The notes below the pieces were generated by a model. It was given only the letters and a program-made list of their open reading frames with translations. It was not told the origin of the DNA and made no database searches. A stretch of DNA of 53,708 nt from Candidatus Microgenomates bacterium (lineage in GTDB: Bacteria > Patescibacteriota > Microgenomatia > UBA1400 > UBA12108): NCBI GenBank assembly GCA_003576945.1, contig QEVC01000004.1:1-53708 (forward strand), written 5' to 3'. Position numbers and translations under genes: made by a program. Below are positions 1 to 10,660 of this stretch, piece by piece (within the stretch, counting starts at the first letter, position 1; every line of letters begins with the position of its first letter).

Positions 1-1143
1 TACAGCCAACACCTCGACACCTTTGGCAGATAGGACAGTTAAAAGAACCACAAAAATCGCGGAGCGAAAAGCAAAGGAAGTATTAGTGTGGAGCACGGTG
101 GCGAGAGGCGAGAGCAAGAACAGGACAAGCAATAGGAGATCACGACTTTTACCAGAAGTAACGAGACTGGCAAAACCAATCACAACAAAAGGCGCGAGAA
201 AAAGGTAGAGGTAACCGGTGCGACCAGTTGAAAAAACCCCGTTCTTCTCCCCTTTAGTAAAGAGCTGATCAGGGGAGAAAACTGAGAGGTATTTGTCGAC
301 AGCGAGACTAACAATCGCTTGGGGCTTATTACTAAAGACTTGAGTGAGTGAGTCGGGGAGGAGACTGAGCCGTCGATCATAATCAACGACTTGGCTAAAA
401 CGAGACTTATCCAAAAAGGCAATCTCGCCGCCACGACTTAAATAACTACTGGGGTTAGCCATAATCCGCAGATATAAACCACCAGTAATGAGCGCGACGA
501 TGAGTAAGGGTAGATAACGTTTTTGGCGGTAACTATGATAAAGACTGAGGATCACGGTCAGGAGGGGAAGCGCAAATTTGTAGCCATGGTAGGTATAGAA
601 GCCAATCGAGTAGAAAGTTAGAAAGGTGAAAGTAGAAAGGAGGATTGATTTTTTGTTTTTGGCTTTAAAGAGAGTAGAGAGTGATAACCACGAAAGCGTA
701 TAGAAAAAAAGACTGGTTGGCTGCTCGAGCGACGTGCGACTAAAGAGGATATGCCAGGGTGACAGGGCGAGGGCGTAGCCCGAAAACCAGCTTAGTCGCC
801 GTGAAAAACCAAGTGATAAGAGGACCAATACTAGGACTAGAGGGTAGAGTGAACTCAGGAGTGCCGAGGTTGCGTGGGCAGCAAAAAGTGAGTTGGGGAG
901 GAGGGAGAGAGTTGGGAGATTAACCGCCGGACCTAGCTCGGCCATCACGGCGTCGTTGGGGAGCAGGGACCAGGGTGACCAAGTCCCACTGAGGTCAGTA
1001 CCCGTTAGGCGCAAGCTATGTGCCTGAATAATCATATCAACCTCGTCATGGGCGAGAGATGTGGGGATAGTCCCGAGCGAGTAGAGGCGTGGGAGGAGGG
1101 AGAGGAAGAGGATCAACAGGTACGGGAAAATTAGTTTGAACAT
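1..1143 (-). CDS. GT-C fold membrane glycosyltransferase (ArnT/PMT-like), runs off left edge of window
   Basis: Not in ORF track. Manual translation from ATG at 1143 gives MFKLIFPYLLILFLSLLPRLYSLGTIPTSLAHDEVDMIIQA, with RLY...DE after TM1 and later SPWHILFSR, as in 5753..7399. Confidence 0.8.
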   Translation of the reverse strand, partial: MFKLIFPYLLILFLSLLPRLYSLGTIPTSLAHDEVDMIIQAHSLRLTGTDLSGTWSPWSLLPNDAVMAELGPAVNLPTLSLLPNSLFAAHATSALLSSLYPLVLVLVLLSLGFSRRLSWFSGYALALSPWHILFSRTSLEQPTSLFFYTLSWLSLSTLFKAKNKKSILLSTFTFLTFYSIGFYTYHGYKFALPLLTVILSLYHSYRQKRYLPLLIVALITGGLYLRIMANPSSYLSRGGEIAFLDKSRFSQVVDYDRRLSLLPDSLTQVFSNKPQAIVSLAVDKYLSVFSPDQLFTKGEKNGVFSTGRTGYLYLFLAPFVVIGFASLVTSGKSRDLLLLVLFLLSPLATVLHTNTSFAFRSAIFVVLLTVLSAKGVEVLAV

Positions 1144-1159
1144 AGATATAGTCTAGCTT

Positions 1160-2272
1160 TTACGAGACAAAAGTGCCATGAGCAAAGTGGGAGAAGAGAT
1201 AGAGCATTAAGAGAAAATTGAAAGTTAAAAGGAGGAAGAAATGAGTTCTTTTCATATTATGTGGCAAAAGAAAAGGAACCAGCACTAGGATATACCTAGG
1301 GATCGAGGATAAAGTCCCGGTTAAAGTCGGCAGGAGGAGTGAAAAAATAACATAGAGATTTATTTCGATAGTATTAGATTTGAAATTCTTAAACCAGACA
1401 TAGACTGCGAGCGCAAAAAAGACTAGCTCCAACCAAATTCTTTGATACAAAAAAGTAGTTGGGTCAACTGTAAAAATCATTTTTGCGTAGCGATACAGGA
1501 CCTGAGGCAAGAGGATGAGCTCTCCCCCACTCCGACCCGCGCCAAACATCTCCTGAACATGTAAGAACATGAGAGGATCACCAAATTTAGACCAGAGAAA
1601 ATAGGCATACAGCAAGAAGCCGCTCGCACTCAGAATAGACAAGGATAGAACATAAAGTGGCCGTGTATTCTGATGACGTTTAATTAAGTTCCAAACTAAT
1701 ACTAGTCCTAAAAATATCCCGACGAGGCGGGTGGCAGAGGCGAGGCCTGCCAAGAGACTAGCTAATATGTAGCGTTCTTTTTTGAGTGCTAGAAAGAAAG
1801 CAAGGGAGAGGAGGAGAAACAAACTCTCAGTGTAGAAGCTGACGAGAAAAAAACTAGTAGGAAAAAGCAGAAGCGCGCTAGTTTGGATGAACTTGCGTTT
1901 AGGATAGAGTTGCCAAAGCACAAGAAGCGAAGCCGATAACGCGATGAGTGAAATAGTGATCCCAGAAATATAAGCTTTCAAACCAGAGAAACTGGAAAAG
2001 GCGCGAACTAGCATTGGGTAGAGTGGGAAAAAGGCCTGTGTACCAGTATCGACGTAACCATTCTCGACTAAGCGAAGGTAGTGGACGCCGTCAAAGTAGC
2101 CCCAGAGAGCATAGGCGGCATCCTTAACATATGTTAAAAGCGAGTAATAGTAAGGGAACGTAGGACTAACTGATTGGGTGCGAAAGAACCAGACACCAAT
2201 AAGTGTCATGAGAACAGAGAAAGAGGAGACAACTCCGAAAGCACCGAACAATTTAGCGAGCGTATTTTTCAT
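1160..2272 (-). CDS. PIG-V/GT76-like mannosyltransferase (GT-C)
   Basis: DGVHYLRLVENGY...AFFPLYP, YTESLFL and PRY motifs; polytopic. Start moved to ATG 2272. Confidence 0.75.
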   Translation of the reverse strand: MKNTLAKLFGAFGVVSSFSVLMTLIGVWFFRTQSVSPTFPYYYSLLTYVKDAAYALWGYFDGVHYLRLVENGYVDTGTQAFFPLYPMLVRAFSSFSGLKAYISGITISLIALSASLLVLWQLYPKRKFIQTSALLLFPTSFFLVSFYTESLFLLLSLAFFLALKKERYILASLLAGLASATRLVGIFLGLVLVWNLIKRHQNTRPLYVLSLSILSASGFLLYAYFLWSKFGDPLMFLHVQEMFGAGRSGGELILLPQVLYRYAKMIFTVDPTTFLYQRIWLELVFFALAVYVWFKNFKSNTIEINLYVIFSLLLPTLTGTLSSIPRYILVLVPFLLPHNMKRTHFFLLLTFNFLLMLYLFSHFAHGTFVS

Positions 2273-3326
2273 AGACACGCAGAGTTTCCTCAGCAACATT
2301 CTTCCAAGTAAATTTTTTGGACCAAGCAATACCAGCTTCTTGGTACTTAGTGCGAAGTGTGTTGTTGCTGATTAGCTCTTGTAGCTTAGCGGTTAGTTCA
2401 TCTTGATTATTGGGATCAAAGTAGTGTGCATACTCTCCACCCACTTCGGGTAAACTGCCACAATTACTACTGAGCACGGAAGTTCCCTGGCTGAGTGCCT
2501 CGATGACCGGGAAACCAAAGCCTTCATACCAGGATGGTTGGACATATAAGGTCGCACCTTTGTAGATCGCACTGAGATGGTGCGTTGGCAAAAACCCGAG
2601 CCTCTTGATTAATTGCTTTTTGGGACTATTGTCGATTGCTTCATTAATCGCCTGGAGTTCTGGGGTTATCGCACTTCCAGTGAATGCTTTGCCAACTAAA
2701 ACTAGGGCAGTCTTATTATCTTTTATTTGAGAAAAAGCGTTAATCAGCCCGGCCACATTCTTATTCCAGTTAATGTCACCGACGTAGAGGATATATGAAC
2801 TAGGTAGGCTATATTCTTTGGCAATGGTTTTGCCGAGCGCGACAGTTGCTCCAATGCTACCGGCGGCGAGGGGGACAACGTGAATCCGCTCTTTGGGATA
2901 AGCGATATATTTGGCAATGTCCATGCGAGAAGCTTCGGAATCGGTAATGATGGCAGATGCTCTTTTGAGTGCGATTTTTTGAAGTTGGTACTTTAGTTTC
3001 CCGCGAATGCCACTTGGGAAATGCTCGGGAAAGCGAAGTGGGATCAAATCATGTACTGTAACTACGAATGGCGTATTCTTTGGAGCTTTGCCCCAGAGGG
3101 TTAAGAAAAAAGGATCAAAGAAGGTGTAATGAACGAGACTCACGGGGATTGTCCCCTTTTGGTCACGACTCACGATCAAGGATTCATGGGGGAGAGCTTT
3201 GGAGAGGTGTTCGCCTAATTTCCTGGTATAGACGTCGATCCCACGTGGACCTGAGCCGACATAAGGGCTTTTGCCGATTATTTCGACTTTGCCTTGGAAC
3301 TCGCGTTTTTTTTGTTTGTGTACCAT
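2253..3326 (-). CDS. GT4 glycosyltransferase (WbdB/RfaB-like)
   Basis: TVHDLIP, KNVAGLI and EGFGFPVIEA motifs. Confidence 0.9.
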   Translation of the reverse strand: MVHKQKKREFQGKVEIIGKSPYVGSGPRGIDVYTRKLGEHLSKALPHESLIVSRDQKGTIPVSLVHYTFFDPFFLTLWGKAPKNTPFVVTVHDLIPLRFPEHFPSGIRGKLKYQLQKIALKRASAIITDSEASRMDIAKYIAYPKERIHVVPLAAGSIGATVALGKTIAKEYSLPSSYILYVGDINWNKNVAGLINAFSQIKDNKTALVLVGKAFTGSAITPELQAINEAIDNSPKKQLIKRLGFLPTHHLSAIYKGATLYVQPSWYEGFGFPVIEALSQGTSVLSSNCGSLPEVGGEYAHYFDPNNQDELTAKLQELISNNTLRTKYQEAGIAWSKKFTWKNVAEETLRVYEKYAR

Positions 3327-4927
3327 AAATATCCTAGCGTTAAAACCGATAACAGTGAGACTGTATTACTTAGTAATTCAACTGGAGTACTACTCATTTT
3401 AATTTTGTAATTGTGAACGCCTAGCTCCGGCTTGAGCATAATCATACCATCCTCAGTTGGCTGAATCTCGATCTGCTTGGAATTATCTATTGTGACACGC
3501 CAGCCAGGATAATAATTACGAAGAATTGTGACCCTACCCTCACTACTATCAGGCTTATTGTTGATGGTAACATTAATTTTGAGCGGGTCATGGGAGAGTG
3601 CGTCGATCGTCATATTACCAGAATTAACGAGTAACTCGTCATTTTTGTAGCGTTCATGCGGGACACTCCATTTGGGCAATATTTCGGTGCGAAAAGTTGT
3701 ACTAGTTTTGTTGTAGTACAAACGATAGAGGTCTGTATACTCTTTGTTGTCGAGAAATTGTTGTGGGTTACGATAGTTACGAATATTGATGAAGGCTAGA
3801 ACCACAAAAAACAGCATGAGCAGGTAGCGGAATTTTTTTGATTGGAATGAGAGGAGTGCCTGACTCGCAAGTAGTGGAGTCAAGATAAGGGGCATGAAAA
3901 GAAACCGCCAAGGAAACTGGACGGATTGAAGAAGTGGCAAGCTATCCCAGATGAAATAACTCTTGGTGTGCATAAGAAAAATAGTGCCGAGGTAGGCTAG
4001 TATTAAATATAGATTGGAAAGCGTCGGAAATTTCCAAATAATTGCTAAAATTCCTAAGAGCGCCAGAGATAGCTGTGCTAACCCCAGCTGAAAGGACATC
4101 CCATCGTTGTCACCTGGCAAGGAATACCAGTAATCCCATTTACTATATAAAAGTTGCTTGAGGGCTATGAAATGTTGATCAAAGCGAAAAGTTAAATCCT
4201 TATATGCGAAAGAATAGAGTAAATTCTTTTGGGTGATCATCGGGATGATAAAGAACGCACCAATGCCAAATGAGATTAAGAGACTAGCGAGTGCGCGCTT
4301 GAGTGATGTTTTATTGGTTATCATGTATCCAAACATAAAGGCAGCAAAAAGAATACCTAGGAAGTTGTGAGCAAGTAAGACACCAGCGAGCGGGAGGGGG
4401 TGATACCACCTTAGTTTAGTATTATTTTTCTTTAAGTTCTGATAGCTATACAAGACCCATGGCATGAGACCAATGGCGAGAGTCTCACCAAGCGTACCAC
4501 GCACAAAAATGTTTAAAAATTGATAAGGAGTTAAGAGAAAGATGAGCGCGCCAAAAAGACCAAAGCTTCGCCCACGAGATGACAGTAGTAGATACATCCC
4601 GAGCCCTCCAAAAAGATAAGAGGCGATGGTAACTGCCTTGAGGGACCACATAGTGCCTATTACCACTGAAAGAAGGGAGCTTAGATAATAAGGTAGAGGG
4701 TAAACAAAGCTAAAGAGTGGGATACCAAAGCCTTGGTCAAAATTACCGGCCCAGCGGAGCGGGAAATGGCCGAGCTTGAGCATCGAAAGCGCCTCTTCGG
4801 TACGATAGATGTGAAAGATACCATCATGGGAGAGATACCAACCTGGTCTTAACAGGCTGGAGGCTAAAAATAAACCAACAACTAAGACAATAAGCTGGCA
4901 AGAATACTTTCTCAACCAAGTCTTCAT
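3278..4927 (-). CDS. PTPS-related/YfhO-like GT-C membrane protein
   Basis: HDGIFH, GFGIPLFSFVYPLPYY, VRGTLGE and QFPWRFL motifs. Start moved to ATG 4927. Confidence 0.75.
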   Translation of the reverse strand: MKTWLRKYSCQLIVLVVGLFLASSLLRPGWYLSHDGIFHIYRTEEALSMLKLGHFPLRWAGNFDQGFGIPLFSFVYPLPYYLSSLLSVVIGTMWSLKAVTIASYLFGGLGMYLLLSSRGRSFGLFGALIFLLTPYQFLNIFVRGTLGETLAIGLMPWVLYSYQNLKKNNTKLRWYHPLPLAGVLLAHNFLGILFAAFMFGYMITNKTSLKRALASLLISFGIGAFFIIPMITQKNLLYSFAYKDLTFRFDQHFIALKQLLYSKWDYWYSLPGDNDGMSFQLGLAQLSLALLGILAIIWKFPTLSNLYLILAYLGTIFLMHTKSYFIWDSLPLLQSVQFPWRFLFMPLILTPLLASQALLSFQSKKFRYLLMLFFVVLAFINIRNYRNPQQFLDNKEYTDLYRLYYNKTSTTFRTEILPKWSVPHERYKNDELLVNSGNMTIDALSHDPLKINVTINNKPDSSEGRVTILRNYYPGWRVTIDNSKQIEIQPTEDGMIMLKPELGVHNYKIKMSSTPVELLSNTVSLLSVLTLGYLWYTNKKNASSKAKSK

Positions 4928-4928
4928 A

Positions 4929-5738
4929 CTAGTTCCAATCATGTTTGAGCGTGGTTTGTTGATTAGTGGTCTTCTTTTCCCAGTATTTAACATAGGAGCT
5001 GGCGATGTGGAGCGCGGAGTAATAAGCAAAAACAAAGCCAGGGAAACCGTCTTGGAAACCTTTGTGCCTTATATAAATTTCGATAAAACGAATAAATGGC
5101 TTAAGTATCATATATTTAATAATCGTCCACGTATTGGCACCAAGACTGAGTGCTGCATAATCAGTCGCGGCAAGGGTGGTATAGCGATTGCTCCGAAGGA
5201 GGTAGCGCGTAAAAGTGGGGTCGGCGATGTGGAGTAGATCGTTTTGGAGCCAAGCCAGAGTGCCCTCGACCGTCATTAGCTCGTGGACACTGGCCTGAGG
5301 TAATTTTGCCTTCCCCTTTTTGAATAAGCGAATGACAGGATCGGGATACATCCCACCCTTGTTCATATAGCGACCAAGAAAATAGTTGCGGCGTTTGAGG
5401 TAGTAGGCGTCTGCGGCACTCGCATTCGAGATAACTTGTTTAATTTCGTTAGCCAACATCGTACTCACCCGTTCGTCGGCGTCTAGCTGCAGGATCCAGT
5501 CTCCAGTGCAGGCATCTATCGCGATTTGTTTATTGATATGAAAGTTTTGACGATTTTGTTCATGAATAATTTTGGCGCCATATTTACTTGCGACTTCAAC
5601 TGTTTTGTCGGTTGAAGAGCCATCGACAATGACGATTTCATCGGCGATAGATCTGATAGATTCTAGACATTCACTGAGCGTTGATTCTTCGTTATAAACG
5701 GCAAGAGCAATGCTTAGTTTGGGGTGGTTGTTGTCCAT
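4929..5738 (-). CDS. GT2 glycosyltransferase (WaaE/KdtX-like)
   Basis: VDGSSTD, LDADE, VHE and GFQDGFPG motifs. Confidence 0.9.
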   Translation of the reverse strand: MDNNHPKLSIALAVYNEESTLSECLESIRSIADEIVIVDGSSTDKTVEVASKYGAKIIHEQNRQNFHINKQIAIDACTGDWILQLDADERVSTMLANEIKQVISNASAADAYYLKRRNYFLGRYMNKGGMYPDPVIRLFKKGKAKLPQASVHELMTVEGTLAWLQNDLLHIADPTFTRYLLRSNRYTTLAATDYAALSLGANTWTIIKYMILKPFIRFIEIYIRHKGFQDGFPGFVFAYYSALHIASSYVKYWEKKTTNQQTTLKHDWN

Positions 5739-5752
5739 ATGTTTAGTATATC

Positions 5753-7399
5753 TTACTTCCCTTCTGAAACGTGGAAGGCTGGGGTACCATCGGGAAAGTA
5801 AATACTTAAGGGGTGGGGGGTGCCCTCCCAGAAATCATCGCCCTTGCCGATAAAGACCATTTCGTTTTTGCCGTTATCAACGGACCAGTTGATATCGCGA
5901 AAGGTATACTTGCCGAGTGAATACTCAGGGAGCTGATCGAGCCAAGGATAACCACGAGATTCGTACTCGATCAATTTCTTATTTTCACTTTGGTACCAAG
6001 TGGGATCCCACTTGTTATAGAAAGCCAAGAACAACTGTGGTTCACCATAGGCTTTCGTCATGTAAACTCGTTTATATTTTGATTCGTTATCTTTAATCCA
6101 ACTGGCAATCTCCTTGTGTCCATACTGCCAGTCGCGGGCAAAAGCTCTGGGATACCAGACAAAATAGCTATGTAAGTAGATAATTACTTCGACAGTAAGG
6201 AGGAGATAGATCGGTTTTAGATATTTGTACTTTTTTGAGATCAAATCAACGAGCGCGACTGCGGCAATGACTTGCCACCAAGGCAGAGTAAGAATACTCC
6301 TTAAAACGTGGTAGATATCTTTGGTTAAGGCGGGTGGGATAAATCCAACTAAGACCAAGTAGATGGGGAGGTAACGGAGCGGGTGAGCTGATTTCTGGAG
6401 TAAGAATAATCCATAAACAAAGAGTGTAAATTCTACAAAATATAAAACACCACGAAAAGGGATGCTGTGCTGCGCCCTTATACTACTACTCCCTAGCAAG
6501 AAGTGGGGCGAGAGGTAGGAAGTCCAGTTAGAAAAACCCTTGGTGAGAATAAAAGTATATTTATTAAAGACTAACTTGTTGCCAAGATCACCAAAGGGTG
6601 CAGTATTGCGATACCGGAAAAAACGTTCGGTTAGCTCAGCATCTGTGGTAATACCAACCTGGTTATAACGCGCCTGGGTCTTGCCGGTTACAACATCACT
6701 CGCAATTGGATACGCAAAAAATGAAAGAATTAGCACAGGATAAATTAGCATTTTGGGAGTGAAGACTTTGCGATAAACCCAAGCCAAATAGAGCAAGAGT
6801 AGCGGAACTACGATCTTGGCACTGTGGTAGGTGTGAACGGATAAGCCGAACAATAGTACTGAGTAGAAAGTATAAAGTTGAAAGTTTTTGGACTTTTTAT
6901 CAAGAGCGATCAATAACAGATTAATTGCTGCCAAAATTAAAGCGAGAGCGACGCCTGCCTCGAACGCGGGCCGACTAAGCATGAGATGCCAAGGAGAAAC
7001 AGCAAGGAGGAGAGCGGCAAATAACCCCACCCGACGGCTATATAATCGTGTTCCTAGTGCGTAAGTTAAGTAAACAGTTAAGACCCCAAAGAGTGCGGCA
7101 GGCAAGCGAACACCCCAGGCGTTCAACCCAAAGACATTAATAAATGGAATCAGCAAGTAAATATAGACTGGAGATTTCCATTCACCGTAGGAGCGAAAGA
7201 GAATAGGCCAGGGCTCGCCCCATTCGTCTCGCCCAGTCTCTGAGAGTGAATAGGCGGTGTAACCCATGCTAATTTCGTCCCAATTGAGTTCAGGAGGGTT
7301 AGTGGAAAGGTTAAAGAGCCTAAGACTTGTTGCTAAGATAATCACACTGACGAGTGCGTGTGTTTTGATAAAACTACTTATTTTTGTGATTATTTCCAT
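5753..7399 (-). CDS. ArnT/PMT-like GT-C glycosyltransferase
   Basis: NWDE after TM1, RLPAALFG, SPWHLMLSR; multi-TM. Confidence 0.85.
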   Translation of the reverse strand: MEIITKISSFIKTHALVSVIILATSLRLFNLSTNPPELNWDEISMGYTAYSLSETGRDEWGEPWPILFRSYGEWKSPVYIYLLIPFINVFGLNAWGVRLPAALFGVLTVYLTYALGTRLYSRRVGLFAALLLAVSPWHLMLSRPAFEAGVALALILAAINLLLIALDKKSKNFQLYTFYSVLLFGLSVHTYHSAKIVVPLLLLYLAWVYRKVFTPKMLIYPVLILSFFAYPIASDVVTGKTQARYNQVGITTDAELTERFFRYRNTAPFGDLGNKLVFNKYTFILTKGFSNWTSYLSPHFLLGSSSIRAQHSIPFRGVLYFVEFTLFVYGLFLLQKSAHPLRYLPIYLVLVGFIPPALTKDIYHVLRSILTLPWWQVIAAVALVDLISKKYKYLKPIYLLLTVEVIIYLHSYFVWYPRAFARDWQYGHKEIASWIKDNESKYKRVYMTKAYGEPQLFLAFYNKWDPTWYQSENKKLIEYESRGYPWLDQLPEYSLGKYTFRDINWSVDNGKNEMVFIGKGDDFWEGTPHPLSIYFPDGTPAFHVSEGK

Positions 7400-8262
7400 A
7401 ACCTTAGTATATCCTGATCTCGACGCTTCCAGTAGCGTTTATTTTTATACCGACTACGAAGGGCTATAGGAAGTTGCTGTAGTGCCTGAATGACAACCTT
7501 GGGATATCTGGCTAGATATAGTGGTAAATAGAAGAAATGAGAGATAAGTAGGGAGGGATCGCTAATGTTTTTCCAGATAAAAAGGAATTGGTTTCTCTGG
7601 GCAGTTGTATAAATAAAGTCTTTTGTAAAATTGCCTTTTATGACACTACTTTGGTGATCATGGACGCAGTGGCAATCTTGGCCCCAGACCACTTTCCAAC
7701 CACGTTTCCAGGCGTTATAACCAAGATCAGTATCTTCCCAATAAAAAGGTTTGTACATTGGATCCATACCACCCAACTCGAGATATTTCTTGCGATCAAA
7801 AACAGCTTGGCCACCGGAGGCCCAGAGACTAATCTCAGACCCCTCTCCTCTGAAGTGATGAAATAATCCTTTTTCCCAGTTAACTCGCATACTCCCCTCG
7901 TTACTATTAAAACCAACGGCAAAAACTTTGGGGTCTTCAAAGTAGCGCATGGCGTTTAAAAAACAATCCAGCTCGGGACGAACGTCGGTATTTAAGAGTA
8001 CTACCAGATCGCTATCAGCAGCCGCTACCCCGCGATTAACTGTCTCACCAAAGCCAAGGTTTTGGGGATTTGTGAGTAAAGTAAAATCAGCTTTAAGGCT
8101 CTTTAAATACTCAATGCTGTTGTCACTACTTTGATCATCAATAATAATGATTTTGGCAGACGCAGCTTTGGCTGCTTTTATCACGCTACTTAAATTTTTT
8201 TGCAGTAGCTCGGCGCTGTTCCAACATGGAATGACAATGGTGAGTGAGAGTTTTTTGCTCAT
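7390..8262 (-). CDS. GT2 glycosyltransferase (WbbL-like)
   Basis: DDQSSD, NLGFG, LLNTD and YWEDTDL motifs. Confidence 0.9.
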   Translation of the reverse strand: MSKKLSLTIVIPCWNSAELLQKNLSSVIKAAKAASAKIIIIDDQSSDNSIEYLKSLKADFTLLTNPQNLGFGETVNRGVAAADSDLVVLLNTDVRPELDCFLNAMRYFEDPKVFAVGFNSNEGSMRVNWEKGLFHHFRGEGSEISLWASGGQAVFDRKKYLELGGMDPMYKPFYWEDTDLGYNAWKRGWKVVWGQDCHCVHDHQSSVIKGNFTKDFIYTTAQRNQFLFIWKNISDPSLLISHFFYLPLYLARYPKVVIQALQQLPIALRSRYKNKRYWKRRDQDILRLWK

Positions 8263-8276
8263 AATTGTAGGTTGCT

Positions 8277-9626
8277 TTATTGTAACTCATGCTTCACGAG
8301 GCGATAGGCGCCAAAGTAACCCAACTCTGTCGCTAGTTCACCTTTGATAAATAAACTTGGATCATTCTTCTCACTGATCATCATAATAATGTTACTGCCC
8401 TCGACGATGTTTACACCTTCTCTTTTTAGCAGAATGGGGAGCCCACTCTCGCGGCCAAATGGTAGATCGTAGATGATACTAATCTCTCTAGATTCTTGGG
8501 CAATTCTACTTACGAGTTTTAGTTTATTTTCGAGACTGTAGGGAGTAGGAGAAAAACTTATTTTTGTTAAGAGATAGATGGCGAGTGCAGCTGCGAAGAA
8601 TATCCCCAATCGATGCTTTGAGAGAAAGTAGGAAAAAATAAGAACTGTTACAAGGGTGGCAACCAGTAAATAGTATTCAGGGAAGCCAACCGACCCTAAG
8701 AGTAGTACTAGCGCTAGGTTGATCAAAATCGTAAGAGAAGCGAGACGGATAAGACTAGGTTTCATAAAAAGCATAGCTATAGAGAGAGATGTGGCTACAA
8801 TCCCGAGTGGAAGATTGAGATCGCTTTTGCCGCCAAAAAACATTGCGAGGTTTTTGCCATAGCGAGAAAGTACCGAATGGGCAACCTCTAGTATGGGTTG
8901 CCTGACGGATTCTTGACCGATTATCAGCTCTTTGATGAGGTTGGACTGGAGACCCATGTGTCTTAGATCAAAGAGGATGAGTGGTGAGAGAGGGAGTAGG
9001 TAACCGATTAAAAGATAGAAAATTCGTGGAGAAAAAAGTGAAAGTGAACGAGTGCGGAAGAGCAGCAGGATCGGAGCAAGTGGGATAAGGGCCGCGTGGA
9101 TATGCCAAGAAAGAGATGCTAGAACACCAACTATAAGTAGCTCAAGATTAGAGTATTTGCGCTTACTTAAATAGTAGACCATGCCAATGTACCAAAGCGG
9201 AACGAAGATCACGTTCCAGGAGATACGTGACGCATCGACCGCGCTGGGGGAGACAGCCCAAAGAAGGGTAAAAATATAACCAAAACTTACATTCTTTAAG
9301 AAAAATCCTAATCCTAGAATTGAGACAATTGTGAGCGAGTCAATCATCACGCTTGTTGCTGGCAGCGAAATGGGATTACCGCCAGATAAAATATAGAACG
9401 GAGTTAAGAGATAATAATAGAGTGGACCCAAGAAGAAACCACCCTCCCCTCTGGCAACTGGGCCAATCAAAGTTGGCTTGCCTGAGACAATTTTCGTCAC
9501 TTCTTGGTAGTCACGATTTTGATCCCAATCAAAAGGAGCGTGGCTAGAGAGAGAATTGGTGCGTAGAAAGATGCCTAGTGCCAAGATTAATGCTGGAATG
9601 AGTGCTTTTTTTAGGAATATGATCAT
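8277..9626 (-). CDS. GT-C membrane glycosyltransferase
   Basis: DWDQNRD, LGPLYYY and SWN motifs; similar to 21074..22564. Confidence 0.75.
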   Translation of the reverse strand: MIIFLKKALIPALILALGIFLRTNSLSSHAPFDWDQNRDYQEVTKIVSGKPTLIGPVARGEGGFFLGPLYYYLLTPFYILSGGNPISLPATSVMIDSLTIVSILGLGFFLKNVSFGYIFTLLWAVSPSAVDASRISWNVIFVPLWYIGMVYYLSKRKYSNLELLIVGVLASLSWHIHAALIPLAPILLLFRTRSLSLFSPRIFYLLIGYLLPLSPLILFDLRHMGLQSNLIKELIIGQESVRQPILEVAHSVLSRYGKNLAMFFGGKSDLNLPLGIVATSLSIAMLFMKPSLIRLASLTILINLALVLLLGSVGFPEYYLLVATLVTVLIFSYFLSKHRLGIFFAAALAIYLLTKISFSPTPYSLENKLKLVSRIAQESREISIIYDLPFGRESGLPILLKREGVNIVEGSNIIMMISEKNDPSLFIKGELATELGYFGAYRLVKHELQ

Positions 9627-10660
9627 AGTAGCCTACTTAGCGAGTTTAGGAATGCTTGTTCAGTAAAGTCACTTATGTCTAGAAAACCTTCGTAGTCTTT
9701 GAAGTTCTTGGTGGTGAGGTTTTTAGTTTTAGTAATTAGCTCGTCCTCAGATTCCCATAAAAGTTCTTGATTTTTAACTATTTCGGTTTGTCCACCTGCT
9801 TTATAAACCAATGGAATCACGCGAGCGGCAATAGCCTCGACAGTGCTAATGCCAAAATGTTCAACTAGCTCGGGACTTTTGGTCTGATCAACAGCATAGC
9901 CGGCAGCGTGCCAATAAATGCTCGCCCGACCGTAGAGGTCTATTAGTTGCTGATATTCTGCGTTGGGTAAAAGCTCAATGTTATAGCCACTTGCCATGCC
10001 TCTTAATTTTTCGATCCAGGAATCTTCGACGCTCCCACCAACCAGAACAAGTTTCCAGTCTGGAATATCTTGGGATAATTTTTTAAATACATCAATTAAA
10101 ACATCTTGTTTTTTGACATTAAGGGAGGGTTCAAAGCGACCAACGGAGAGAATAATTTTTTCCTTAGCTTGAGTTTTTGCAATTTGAGGAACTGGAGGAT
10201 AAAGGACGTCAGAGTTAATCCCGTATTCATGGTCTACAATCGACTTGGTAAAGTTGGAATTGACGATAACATTTTTAATAGTATTAAGCTTTAGTTTATT
10301 CTTCCAATTTTTGCCGCCAACATTATGAAAAGGCACTTGCATGTGTAAGAGGTTAGTCTTTCCTCCAAGCATGGGGATAGAGCCATCAGAGAGGTAAACC
10401 ACGACATCGTAGGGACGGGTTGCCATAAACATAGCGAGCGGGCTTGCGCTATGGTACAAAGATTTAATTTTTGCATCTAGCACTGGATGCTTTAGATCGA
10501 TTGAGAGGAACTTGGTAATATTGCGAATGGATTCTAAATTATCCCAACCGATGTAGACTTCATAACCCAAAGTTTCTAAGGCTTGGCCACAGGTGAGCAT
10601 GTAGCGCTCTCCCCCACCCAAGTGATCTAAGTAGGGAGAGACAATTAATGCTTTTTTCAT
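9623..10660 (-). CDS. GT4 glycosyltransferase
   Basis: GGGER, SVGRF, KKQD and EHFGISTVEA motifs. Confidence 0.9.
   Translation of the reverse strand: MKKALIVSPYLDHLGGGERYMLTCGQALETLGYEVYIGWDNLESIRNITKFLSIDLKHPVLDAKIKSLYHSASPLAMFMATRPYDVVVYLSDGSIPMLGGKTNLLHMQVPFHNVGGKNWKNKLKLNTIKNVIVNSNFTKSIVDHEYGINSDVLYPPVPQIAKTQAKEKIILSVGRFEPSLNVKKQDVLIDVFKKLSQDIPDWKLVLVGGSVEDSWIEKLRGMASGYNIELLPNAEYQQLIDLYGRASIYWHAAGYAVDQTKSPELVEHFGISTVEAIAARVIPLVYKAGGQTEIVKNQELLWESEDELITKTKNLTTKNFKDYEGFLDISDFTEQAFLNSLSRLL

Noticed and set aside
23-434. Short ORFs 23..208 (+) and 180..434 (-), and the many other 60-150 aa overlapping ORFs in the track
   Set aside because: They overlap longer motif-bearing genes in other frames or on the opposite strand.
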